A stretch of DNA of 64,000 nucleotides from Cellvibrionales bacterium (GTDB taxonomy: Bacteria > Pseudomonadota > Gammaproteobacteria > Pseudomonadales > UBA7434): contig JBGTQK010000012.1 in NCBI GenBank assembly GCA_041941365.1, positions 13,415 through 77,414 on the forward strand. The letters are read 5' to 3'. A model generated the notes under the pieces. The model saw only the letters and a program-made list of their open reading frames with translations. It did no database searches and had not been told where the DNA came from. The position numbers and the translations under genes were made by a program. Positions 9,937 through 19,657 of this stretch are shown here, piece by piece (positions within the stretch are counted from its first letter, which is position 1; each line of letters opens with the position of its first letter).

Positions 9937-12900
9937 TTAAAATTCTTTCCACTCATCTTCATCATGGTTATCATCAAAAGCTACTTGCGCTGATACCTGT
10001 TTTTTAACTGGCTGTGAAAGTTTAGTCTCAACTTTATCCAACATCTCATCAGTTTTTCTAACAGACTTAATCAGTTTTTGTTTTTTTGATTCCTGTTTGT
10101 CATTGATAAAGAAACCTACCAAATCATTTAAAACTCTTGACTGGCCATCCAGATCTTCACTTGCAGCTGCAGCTTCTTCTACCAATGATGTATTCTGCTG
10201 AGTTAACGATTGTAGTTGAGCTATAGATTTATGCACTTCAGATACACCAACCGATTGTTCTTCAGCAGCAGTGGCAATTTCACCAACAATATTCGTTACA
10301 TTCTCAACACTGGAAACAATTTCCTCTAAAGTTGAACCTGAGCGAGTTACCAGATCAAACCCTACGTCTGTTTTTGCAACACTATCTTCAATAAGGTCCT
10401 TTATTTCTTTAGCAGCTGTAGCACTCCTACCTGCAAGATTACGAACCTCATTAGCAACAACGGCAAATCCTTTACCATGCTCACCCGCTCTGGCAGCCTC
10501 TACAGAGGCGTTAAGTGCCAGCAAATTCGTCTGAAAAGCTATTTCATCGATCACACTAATAATTTCAGCGATTCGATTACTGGCAGCATTCACTTTCTTC
10601 ATCGCTTCAACAGCTTCATTAACTACCTCTCCACCCCGTTGAGCCTGCTGCCTTGTTCCCATTACAAGGTCGTTAGCATTATTTGCATTGATCGCAGTAT
10701 TTTTAACTGTCGAAGTTATTTCATCCATACTCTGCGCAGTTTCTTCCAGATTCATTGCCTGTTGCTCTGTTCTTTGACTCAGATTGTTATTGCCCTGTGC
10801 AATATCCTCTGCACCAACCTGAACACGATAGGAAGATTGTCGAATATCATCGACTACTTCTGTCAACTTACTGACTGTAGCATTAGCATCAGCTTTTAAC
10901 TGTCCAAATGCGCCTTCAAACTCCGAGGTAATCTTTTCTCGCAAATCACCAGCAGCCATAGATGCCAGTACCTTGCCTGTTTCTGAAAATACCTGTGTTA
11001 ACGTTTCTAACGAATCATTAATGTTATTCTTAATTTCTGCTAACTGCCCAGGCAAGCTTTCTTCTACACGTGAGTCAATCTGCCCACGTGCTACATTACT
11101 AATCACACGATCTATACTCATCAGTGCACGGTCAACAGATTCCATCGCCCTGTCTGCACGACGGCCAAATGAAGCATAAGCGCCACTTAACTCAACAGAA
11201 ACGCGTCGCTTGAAGTCACCACGCCCCATAGCATCCATCAACTCACCCAATTCAGACATTGCTCCATCAACTGTACTGGCAGACTTATTGACACCATTTT
11301 TTAATTGCGCAAGCTCGCCTTGCAAATCTGCATTAACCCGTTGATCAAAATCTCCGTCAGCAATCGCAGCAACCACATGGTTAACTTCAGAAACAACTTC
11401 TGCAATTGAAGAAGCTGACGCATTGACACCATCTTTCAGGTTAGCAAGATCGCCTTTTGCATTACCATTGACACGGCATTGAAAATCACCTCTTGCCATG
11501 CCGCCTACTACGCCATTAACTTCACGAATAATCCCTTCAAAATTCTCTAACATACTGTTAAAGCTAATCGACGATTGCCCGATTTCGTCTTCATTAACTA
11601 CATCAACACGACGACTAAAGTCTCCGGTATTCGCCACTTCTGTAATTGTTTTACGCATAGCATCAATCGGTTTTACTACACTCATAGAAAACTTGACAGC
11701 AAAGGCAATTAGCGCAAGTGACGCAATTATGGATAATCCAAAGATTTTCCATGTTAAAGAAGAAATTGCTGCAAAGGCCTCCGCTGTTTCTATTTCAACA
11801 ACTAATGCCCAGTCAAGCTTGCCAAATTTGACTGGAGTAAACCCAGACAACACTTTTTCATCCTGATAATTTCTGGACTCAGAAATGCCTGTCTTACCTT
11901 GAAGTGCACTCATTATCGATTCACTATTTACCGTTTCTTTCGCTTTAAATGAATTGATAACAGAGAGTGAGTCAGGATTTTTATAGGAATCAGAGCGCAT
12001 AAATTGATCACTACCTACCAGATAGGCTTCTCCTGTTTCCCCCATTCCATAACGGGTATTCGTCATTTCAGAAATGCGCTCCATCGGCATTTCAAAAATC
12101 AACACACCTATTTTCTCATCACCATCAAAAATAGGTGATGCGATAAAACTTGCGGGATTATTGTATGCAGGCAAATATTGCTCGTAATCAAACAAAACAT
12201 AATCGTCAAGATTAGTCAGTGAATTTGCTTCTCTAAATGCTCTACCTAAAGGACTTTTGGCATGAGGACCATCTATAAGGCTGGTTGCAAAATCAATATT
12301 TTTATAAACAGAATAGACAATGCGTCCTGTTTCACTATCAACCATAAAAATTTCGTTATATCCAAACGCTTCGCGGAATTTTTTAAGGGTTGGGTGTACG
12401 ATTCCATGTACTGTATCGTAACTGGTATCCATATCTGAACTCATCATTTGATCTTTCTGACCAATTTGAGCAGGGTTACTATAGATATAAGTATGCTGAA
12501 GCACTAAAGCCTCAGGGCTTAATTCATTGATCAAATGGCTTATATCAGTACTCTCACCAGAATTTTCTGCTTTGTAGGCAGATAAAAAATCATTTCGATA
12601 AAAGTTGGTAAGCTCGCTTCTGAATTTTTGGATACGCGGGTCATTAAAATCCCGTGTAACTTCAGTTTCTTCCAAAAACTCTTCAAGTGAATAATTAAGG
12701 CTAATCAAGCCTTTGCGAATATCCGTTGTAGCAGAAAGTGTACGAATCTGATTGATTATATTATTTGCGAAATCTTCAACTGCTGCTTTTTTACTTTCCC
12801 TCAGTGACTCCAGTCTGGCATAAGCCTCATCAGAACTGTTATTTCGTGACTGCATAAGCGCCATATAGGCAGTTAACAACATTGGAAGCATCCCCATTAA

Positions 12901-12975
12901 CAGTGATGCAACCATTAACCGCTTCTTAAAACTACGGTTTAAGTCCAATTTTTGAAATAATTTGTTCACAAACAA
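9937..12975 (-). CDS. Methyl-accepting chemotaxis protein with periplasmic Cache-like domain and poly-HAMP chain
   Basis: Two TMs, repeated GDF..RV HAMP units, [31 protein letters not shown]-terminal pentapeptide EWKEF. Confidence 0.92.
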   Translation of the reverse strand: MFVNKLFQKLDLNRSFKKRLMVASLLMGMLPMLLTAYMALMQSRNNSSDEAYARLESLRESKKAAVEDFANNIINQIRTLSATTDIRKGLISLNYSLEEFLEETEVTRDFNDPRIQKFRSELTNFYRNDFLSAYKAENSGESTDISHLINELSPEALVLQHTYIYSNPAQIGQKDQMMSSDMDTSYDTVHGIVHPTLKKFREAFGYNEIFMVDSETGRIVYSVYKNIDFATSLIDGPHAKSPLGRAFREANSLTNLDDYVLFDYEQYLPAYNNPASFIASPIFDGDEKIGVLIFEMPMERISEMTNTRYGMGETGEAYLVGSDQFMRSDSYKNPDSLSVINSFKAKETVNSESIMSALQGKTGISESRNYQDEKVLSGFTPVKFGKLDWALVVEIETAEAFAAISSLTWKIFGLSIIASLALIAFAVKFSMSVVKPIDAMRKTITEVANTGDFSRRVDVVNEDEIGQSSISFNSMLENFEGIIREVNGVVGGMARGDFQCRVNGNAKGDLANLKDGVNASASSIAEVVSEVNHVVAAIADGDFDQRVNADLQGELAQLKNGVNKSASTVDGAMSELGELMDAMGRGDFKRRVSVELSGAYASFGRRADRAMESVDRALMSIDRVISNVARGQIDSRVEESLPGQLAEIKNNINDSLETLTQVFSETGKVLASMAAGDLREKITSEFEGAFGQLKADANATVSKLTEVVDDIRQSSYRVQVGAEDIAQGNNNLSQRTEQQAMNLEETAQSMDEITSTVKNTAINANNANDLVMGTRQQAQRGGEVVNEAVEAMKKVNAASNRIAEIISVIDEIAFQTNLLALNASVEAARAGEHGKGFAVVANEVRNLAGRSATAAKEIKDLIEDSVAKTDVGFDLVTRSGSTLEEIVSSVENVTNIVGEIATAAEEQSVGVSEVHKSIAQLQSLTQQNTSLVEEAAAASEDLDGQSRVLNDLVGFFINDKQESKKQKLIKSVRKTDEMLDKVETKLSQPVKKQVSAQVAFDDNHDEDEWKEF

Positions 12976-13114
12976 ATACTCCTAAACCTTTGCCCTGACA
13001 CAGTCTTCCTTTCTAATTTTAAGTCATTAAAAAAATTATTTTTAATAACCAACCCTATAAATGGTTACTTTAATTTTTGTTTAAAACCTTTTCTTCAGTA
13101 AACCCTTAGCCGAC

Positions 13115-13138
13115 AAAAGCCCCCTGTTCAGGAGGCTT
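13115..13138 (-). terminator. Probable intrinsic terminator after the small binding-protein gene
   Basis: Minus strand AAGCCTCCTGAACAGGGGGCTTTT hairpin with short U tract. Confidence 0.55.
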
Positions 13139-13158
13139 GTAATTTGCCAGACTTAAAC

Positions 13159-13584
13159 TTACTGTACACCTATCACTTTGACTGATCCTGAAACAGAGGC
13201 CTTGTCGACATAACCAATTGCATCAGCATTAGCTGCTACAAATTCGACAACAGCTGCATCATTGTCTAACTCTTTTGGCGGGTTAGCTTTACCCGAAAAA
13301 ATCATCATTGACCAATGTGCTTTCATTTTCTTGTCACTTCGACCCAACATGTTTTCCTGAAAAGCCAGCCTTACCGGATTCTGGTCTACCAGATTTACAG
13401 GTGTTACAGAGCCTCCACTTGGGAACGACTTTGATTTTCCCATGTAGATTTTTTTCAATGCACTACCTGCGATATCGGACCCACTATAAGCCGGATTAAC
13501 AATCACTACTGGCTCAGCGTATAACGCCTGGCTAATAACTACCATAAGTAGTGAAGCCGCTGTAAGTAAATATTGTTTAAACAT
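13159..13584 (-). CDS. Small exported PstS-like (phosphate ABC substrate-binding-like) protein
   Basis: Signal peptide; VVIVNP, KKIYMGK, WSMMIFSGKANPP and AIGYV motifs. Confidence 0.75.
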   Translation of the reverse strand: MFKQYLLTAASLLMVVISQALYAEPVVIVNPAYSGSDIAGSALKKIYMGKSKSFPSGGSVTPVNLVDQNPVRLAFQENMLGRSDKKMKAHWSMMIFSGKANPPKELDNDAAVVEFVAANADAIGYVDKASVSGSVKVIGVQ

Positions 13585-13686
13585 ATACCTTCCCCTTTAT
13601 TCCTTGCTGCTTGATATGCTCTCTATCAAAGCATCTCAATACAATTCAATTAATGTCCTTTTAATTAACCTGAATACGCTGTTAGA

Positions 13687-14937
13687 TTAAAATACTAGAT
13701 CAAATCCAACAGTGAAGACATCAACTTCAAATTGGTCGCCGTTACCTCCAGCCCCAACAGCAGTCTTGATCAAATCGTCACTTTCATCACTACGACTGAC
13801 ATACTCTGCTTTAAGAGCTGCACTCTGATGAAAATCCCATCTCAAACCAACTGTTATCGTCTCATGTTTGGCAACTGCTTTTTTGCCTATTGTTCCTGCG
13901 GGAGTACCAAGAGATGTTGGGCATGGTGGTATTACAAAGCAAGTAAGATCATAAATCACTGTATCTTGCGAAAAAGTATCTTCATACTCTCCATAGGTAA
14001 TATGTGGCGTAAACTCTTCGATCGTAATACCTGCAGACACATACCAGCCTTCTTCCAACTCAGTACCAACACCTATGTCAGTACCATGTGGCGTGTCATA
14101 ATCAGCCTGAGCCCATTCTGTAACAACAAAAGCATCACCAAATGTTGCTTTAACAGCTGCACTTGTGAAAACAACCTTATTTGGGTCTTCATCAGAGAAT
14201 GCTGGAACAGTATTATTTGAAAACATTGCGCCTATTGAATCCGGTGTTACTGCAATATCACTTTGAGAAGTTGCTAATCGTAATTCCAACCAGTCATTAC
14301 TCGCACTAATAACAGCGCCAGTGCTATCCTCCAGAGTAAACGTAAGATCACCTAAACTTGTCGTTAAATCTTCATCCGCCGAACCAAAATAGGCCTGAAT
14401 TCGCCATGCCCAATCGCCTGTCGATGGTGTCCAGAATAACTTAATACCTTCCAAAGTATCCGCTGCAGCGCCTGGCAAACTTTGTGGAATACGTGTCCAA
14501 TGGTAGGCATAACCTACGTCGAGATAATCTGAATAGAAAAACAGAGGAAGACGCTGTCTACCAACTTGAACAGTTACGCTATCGTTAACTTCATAGGAGA
14601 GATAAGCCCAGGCAAGATCTGGTTTGAAGTCTTCACCGCCATTGGCAGTTAACTGCCCGGTAACACTTAAACCATCATCAAGGTCAGCCGTTATTTGTAA
14701 GCCAAAATTGCTATCTGGTTTAAATGAAATATCATTATCATAGCTACCTTCAGTTGCGACATCGGCCAGGTAAGTTGCATCACCTTCTACACCGTTCGTC
14801 CTTGCTACTCCTTCGTCAACTGTCTGACCACCTACAATAGACATGAATCCATTCACGCGATAATCAATAGCGTAACTGCTGGATGCAGCTACAATGCCTG
14901 CCGCGCATAATATTTTAGTGAATAGTTTTTGTTCCAT
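13687..14937 (-). CDS. Outer-membrane porin-like protein
   Basis: Signal peptide, WAYLSY, GRQRLPLFFYSDYLDVGYAY, C-terminal aromatic (FDLVF). Confidence 0.8.
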   Translation of the reverse strand: MEQKLFTKILCAAGIVAASSSYAIDYRVNGFMSIVGGQTVDEGVARTNGVEGDATYLADVATEGSYDNDISFKPDSNFGLQITADLDDGLSVTGQLTANGGEDFKPDLAWAYLSYEVNDSVTVQVGRQRLPLFFYSDYLDVGYAYHWTRIPQSLPGAAADTLEGIKLFWTPSTGDWAWRIQAYFGSADEDLTTSLGDLTFTLEDSTGAVISASNDWLELRLATSQSDIAVTPDSIGAMFSNNTVPAFSDEDPNKVVFTSAAVKATFGDAFVVTEWAQADYDTPHGTDIGVGTELEEGWYVSAGITIEEFTPHITYGEYEDTFSQDTVIYDLTCFVIPPCPTSLGTPAGTIGKKAVAKHETITVGLRWDFHQSAALKAEYVSRSDESDDLIKTAVGAGGNGDQFEVDVFTVGFDLVF

Positions 14938-15267
14938 ACTGTTAAACCCCCAATTCCCTTGGATTATTGATAAGTGTCACCTCAGTATTAAAGGTGACGC
15001 TAACCGATCGTTATTATTTGAAGCTCCTTTTACAAGGCAAGTGTGCGCTTAGAAAAACATCACGCCTCAAAATAAAACGTTCCTAACAATGAGAATAGAG
15101 GACTTTCTAGTAATTACAAAGTTGTTTGGTGTGACATAGTTCTAACCATTACCTACCAAGCGACACAATAGTGCACATATATCAGCTAACTCTTATTATT
15201 GCATTCTTTAGCGTATACTTTATAGCCAATCTGAATTGTCTATGACTTGAAAAAGGCTCTCTTATTC

Positions 15268-17253
15268 CTAAATCGAACTATTTGAGTTATTAAAATCGCG
15301 GGCATAGTCAATGACAGCTAATATTGGCAAGGCTTTGGTATACAACCAGCCTTGAACAGCATCGACATTCGCTTTCTTTGCAACATCTAATTGCTCTTTG
15401 GTTTCAACACCTTCCAGAATCACCTTAAATCCCATTTTTTTAAACGTGGATACAATAGACTCGAATAGTATAAAACCTCTTTCTTTATCGCATCCTAACA
15501 GGATTTCTCTATCTATTTTTATTGTGCTCGCATTAATATCGCTGATTACAGCCAGGTTAGAATACTCCGAACCAAAATCATCTATGCTGGTATTGATGCC
15601 AACACTTTTAAGCCTTTCTACAGCAGCGCTTATTGCAGCACGGTCTTTTGTATAATCTTTCTCTAATATTTCTATACATATATTTTTATAGGAAAGATGC
15701 TCAATAATAAAATTGATATTCTTTTCATTAAGTAGTGTTTTAGGGTAGATATTGATATTGATTTGAGCAGAATATTTTTCATTGCCCCATTTTGTATAAT
15801 CCTCAGCTACCTGTTTTATTGTCCATTGATCAATCATTTCTTCCAGACCAAACTCTTGTATCTTTGGTAGAAAATCTGGCGGATAAATTACGCCATCTTT
15901 ATTGTGCCTCAGCAGTGCCTCAAAACAATGAATATGTTGCTTATGAATATTGACGATCGGCTGATAATACAATTCCAGTGTACCTGAGGTTAAATGATTG
16001 ATTAATTGCTTTAACTCATCTTCTTTTTTATTTAATTCATTTTGCCTGATATAAAACTCATAATCCGAATCAAAGTCATCAAACTTTTTATTTAATGATA
16101 AATGTGATGCAAGAAACGATGGATTATATTTTGAGTATTCAAAACGATTAAGAAAGGGTTTATAGATAAGTACACCTATTGAAATAAGCAGTAACTGCCA
16201 CAAAGAGGCCCATATGCTATCAGTCAATAAATAACCGCTTATTACAGGTGGTATTGTCCAAGGAACTTTTGTTTGTGAAAACGTAAACACATCAAAAGAA
16301 ATTAACAGATAAGAAAGAAAAAAGTTAATGAAAGGCAAAAGCACAAATGGAATGATCAGGCTTTTATTTAGTGCTAACGGCAATCCATAAATGATCGTTT
16401 CATTGATATTAAATATAGAAAAAGGCGCAGAAATTTTAGCGATAGATCGTGAGTGACGCCTCTTTGAAAAAAGGAAGATCGCTATTATCAACGATATGGT
16501 ACTGCCCGCCCCACCAAAAATAATAAATGCTGAAAAGAACTGCTCATAAGACAATAATTGGAAAATATCCTGATAGTAAAAATCCATGTCAAATGTATAA
16601 CGATAAGTTGTCGTTCCGTGTATACCGAGAGACCAGAGTAAATGCGATATCAATAAGTGCATAACGGCCTGAAATTGTATACTTGTCCCCGAAAATAAAG
16701 ACTCTAGCCAGGAAGAAACATTTAAAAAATCCAACGAATGCCATAAAAGAGTGAGAAAAAATATTAAGACATAGGGAATAACAAAGGAAAAAGCGTTATT
16801 TAAAATCGATAACCTGGAAGAAATCGTCAAAGGAGAAAAATATTTTTTACTTATTTGAGTAATGCAATAAACGATGATAGGTATAAAAATAGAATAAATA
16901 ATCGAATGTTTTCGTTCAATAACGATTTCACTATTTTGTTCAGTTATATAACCTGAAACAATAAAAAAACAAAATATAGACATTAACAGGATGCCTATAC
17001 TGTATTGCCTTTCTTCTTTTTTCGCAAAATTATAGGACAATGATATACATAATAAAACTGGAAATAAATCGTAGGTTATGTTAATTAAACTATATAAAAC
17101 TGCTGAATCACCAAATGGAAGGTATTTTTCAAAAACAATTAAAAGTGTACAGGAGGCACGAAGAATTAAATAAGGTATGAGTGATATAAAAGTTTGTTGT
17201 AATGTATAAATTATTTTTTTAATAAATTGATTGGTCATAAAACGGTTCGACAT
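15268..17253 (-). CDS. PTS IIC (cellobiose/chitobiose family) fused to an EAL phosphodiesterase
   Basis: IIC motifs LWSLGIHG, FGGAGST, FNINETIIYGLP; EAL motifs YYQP, EALLR, DDFG, EGVE, QGW. Confidence 0.85.
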   Translation of the reverse strand: MSNRFMTNQFIKKIIYTLQQTFISLIPYLILRASCTLLIVFEKYLPFGDSAVLYSLINITYDLFPVLLCISLSYNFAKKEERQYSIGILLMSIFCFFIVSGYITEQNSEIVIERKHSIIYSIFIPIIVYCITQISKKYFSPLTISSRLSILNNAFSFVIPYVLIFFLTLLWHSLDFLNVSSWLESLFSGTSIQFQAVMHLLISHLLWSLGIHGTTTYRYTFDMDFYYQDIFQLLSYEQFFSAFIIFGGAGSTISLIIAIFLFSKRRHSRSIAKISAPFSIFNINETIIYGLPLALNKSLIIPFVLLPFINFFLSYLLISFDVFTFSQTKVPWTIPPVISGYLLTDSIWASLWQLLLISIGVLIYKPFLNRFEYSKYNPSFLASHLSLNKKFDDFDSDYEFYIRQNELNKKEDELKQLINHLTSGTLELYYQPIVNIHKQHIHCFEALLRHNKDGVIYPPDFLPKIQEFGLEEMIDQWTIKQVAEDYTKWGNEKYSAQININIYPKTLLNEKNINFIIEHLSYKNICIEILEKDYTKDRAAISAAVERLKSVGINTSIDDFGSEYSNLAVISDINASTIKIDREILLGCDKERGFILFESIVSTFKKMGFKVILEGVETKEQLDVAKKANVDAVQGWLYTKALPILAVIDYARDFNNSNSSI

Positions 17254-17758
17254 CCTGTATTATTGAAATAATCCACTCAGGTCAGGATATTCTTCAATTG
17301 GTCTATGGGTTTAAATAAATAGTTTTTTGCAATAATTCATTGATTTTCACGCAAGTATATTTTTTGTTCGCCCAGTTATACCTTAAATATCTTGTATTAA
17401 AAGCCAGGTTAGAAAGTTTGTTTTTGATTACCTCTTATGACATTTACAATTACAATGAGGCTTGGAGTATTTCTTGATTTAATAGAAGAACTGAAGAAAG
17501 TGTTTAATCTAACGTTTCAGCATTATTGTCAAAACCAAACGAATTACTGTACACGCTAATACATTCAAATATTAACAAAAAGTAATTCTAATATATCAAA
17601 TTATTAGTTTCAATGTCTTTTTGATATCGTTTATCAGGCAAAGAATTAAGATTTTACATTATCGATGTTCAGTCTTTTTAGCAGATTCTCTAAAGTGACT
17701 ATCTTACAAAATTAAAATGAGATATTACTTCTGCTTTAAACAACAATATTGTTATTTT

Positions 17759-18853
17759 TTATACATAAAATAAAAACGATACTCTCTCCACAAACCAGTA
17801 CGATGCCAATATTCCACTTAAGTAAACAAGCAAATACTTTCCTGCAAGCATAAATTTCTTATTATGAATAATATGGGTAACCAATAAAGTAAGAAAAATT
17901 AAAAAACAAACCCAAATAATTTGAGCAATTTCAACGCCTAAATTGAATGTTAACAGTGCGATGAAAGACAAATCTTGTCTCAATACCAAATCAGATAAAG
18001 AGTCTGCAAAACCAAGTCCATGCAATAAACCAAATCCTAAAGCAACTGCAATTGGAAATTTTCTTACCAGCATCTGATCGCCTTTTTTGTTATTGATCAA
18101 CTCAACACTCATATACACGATGCTTAAAGCGATTAATGCTTCTACAGGCTCCCCAGGCAAAACAAATTTTTTATACGTCGCCAGGATTAAAGTAATACTA
18201 TGACCAATGGTAAAACCGGTTATTGCATAGATTAATTGTAAATTAAACCCGATAATTAAAAATAAAATGATGATAAACAACACATGGTCCCAGCCAAACA
18301 TCATATGCTCTATACCAAGCAGCAAGAACGATCGTGATAATTTTTTTTCTGGTGTGTTTGTGACAAAATCCTTATGTGTTATTTTTGGTTCGATTGGATC
18401 TTTTGTATAGATTTTTTCTATAGAAGAGTCGCCTGCTTCCCACAGAAAAACTATTTGATTGATCAAACTAGTATTTTTAAAACTGAAGGTTGTATCAAGC
18501 AGACTTTTCTTACACTGAATAGTATAAGTTTCAGAAAGGGTATTGTTCGTTCTGTTGATTCTATTAACCGTTTTTTGACTACAGAAGTCCGGAATGTTTG
18601 GTGACGGAAAATGATTAGCCTTTTTTCCCGTAAAAGCCCAATTTATTTTATACCTATGCGCAAACGCTTCTTCATTTTCAGTAAGTGCTACACTCTGATC
18701 AAAGTGATTATTATTCTGCGTAATAATATGTAGTAACCCAAGATTACTTTTATGCGCATATGAATTTAAAGAGATAAAAAACAGCGTAAAAAAAAACAAA
18801 CTTATTTTTTTTATTTTCACCATATCAATCAATAACAATCTCGTATTGCGCAA
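17759..18853 (-). CDS. HupE/UreJ-family membrane protein
   Basis: GIEHMMFGWDH, FTIGHSITL, FGLLHGLGFA and FNLGVE motifs. Confidence 0.85.
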   Translation of the reverse strand: MRNTRLLLIDMVKIKKISLFFFTLFFISLNSYAHKSNLGLLHIITQNNNHFDQSVALTENEEAFAHRYKINWAFTGKKANHFPSPNIPDFCSQKTVNRINRTNNTLSETYTIQCKKSLLDTTFSFKNTSLINQIVFLWEAGDSSIEKIYTKDPIEPKITHKDFVTNTPEKKLSRSFLLLGIEHMMFGWDHVLFIIILFLIIGFNLQLIYAITGFTIGHSITLILATYKKFVLPGEPVEALIALSIVYMSVELINNKKGDQMLVRKFPIAVALGFGLLHGLGFADSLSDLVLRQDLSFIALLTFNLGVEIAQIIWVCFLIFLTLLVTHIIHNKKFMLAGKYLLVYLSGILASYWFVERVSFLFYV

Positions 18854-19637
18854 TCAATTTTTGATATATCTCCTGTTTTTTTTCTTCTAACTTTTCTTTC
18901 ATATAGTCTTTATAAATATCGGCTTTTACCTCTTCAAATGTAAGTTCTCTGGCAGGAAATATTTTTTCAACATAAACAAAATGAATACCATAAATACTTT
19001 CTGTCGGTCCTAACCACTTTTCTATATGATCTGAATTAATTGTATTGAAAAAGTTTTCACCAAAACTTCTCAGCACTTCCGTTTTAGTGATTTCTTTAAA
19101 ATACTGGCCTCGCAAAAAAGGTTCACCATACTTCGTAGCGCTATCAACCTTTAATTGGTTCTGCTTTACAAGCTGCTTAAAAGCATCAATTTTTTTTGAC
19201 CTGGCATTAAAGTAAACATGCTGAAAACTATATTTTTTTTCTTGTAAATATTGATTACGATTTAAATTAAACCATGACTTTAGCTGTTTTTCTGAAGGAT
19301 GGTCTGGTTTACTCATACTTTCAACAAGAAAATTCATTTTTTGTATAAGGTGTCGCCGTATTATTTCATCGCCATTATCCAAATCACGATTCAATGCCTC
19401 GCGATAAAGCACTTCGTTCAATACCGCTTCTTCTTTTAATGCGATTCGTTGATGATCGGTAACTGGTTTTAACGTTTCATTTTCCAAATCTTCAGATAAA
19501 ACATTGATATAATTATCTTTTAAAATTATCGTTTGTTTATCTTTTAAGTGAGGCTTCACCAGTGCGTGAAGCCAGAAAATAACTAAACCAATAATAATGA
19601 ACTGAAAAAGAGAACTTCTGAACAACAGCGATTTCAA
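18825..19637 (-). CDS. PpiC/rotamase-type peptidyl-prolyl isomerase-like protein
   Basis: EVLYREAL..LD.GD.IIRR.L.QKM, FG..F, W.GP.ES.YG.H motifs; N-terminal TM. Confidence 0.8.
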   Translation of the reverse strand: MKSLLFRSSLFQFIIIGLVIFWLHALVKPHLKDKQTIILKDNYINVLSEDLENETLKPVTDHQRIALKEEAVLNEVLYREALNRDLDNGDEIIRRHLIQKMNFLVESMSKPDHPSEKQLKSWFNLNRNQYLQEKKYSFQHVYFNARSKKIDAFKQLVKQNQLKVDSATKYGEPFLRGQYFKEITKTEVLRSFGENFFNTINSDHIEKWLGPTESIYGIHFVYVEKIFPARELTFEEVKADIYKDYMKEKLEEKKQEIYQKLIAQYEIVID

Positions 19638-19657
19638 ATACTCAATTCCTTATAAAG

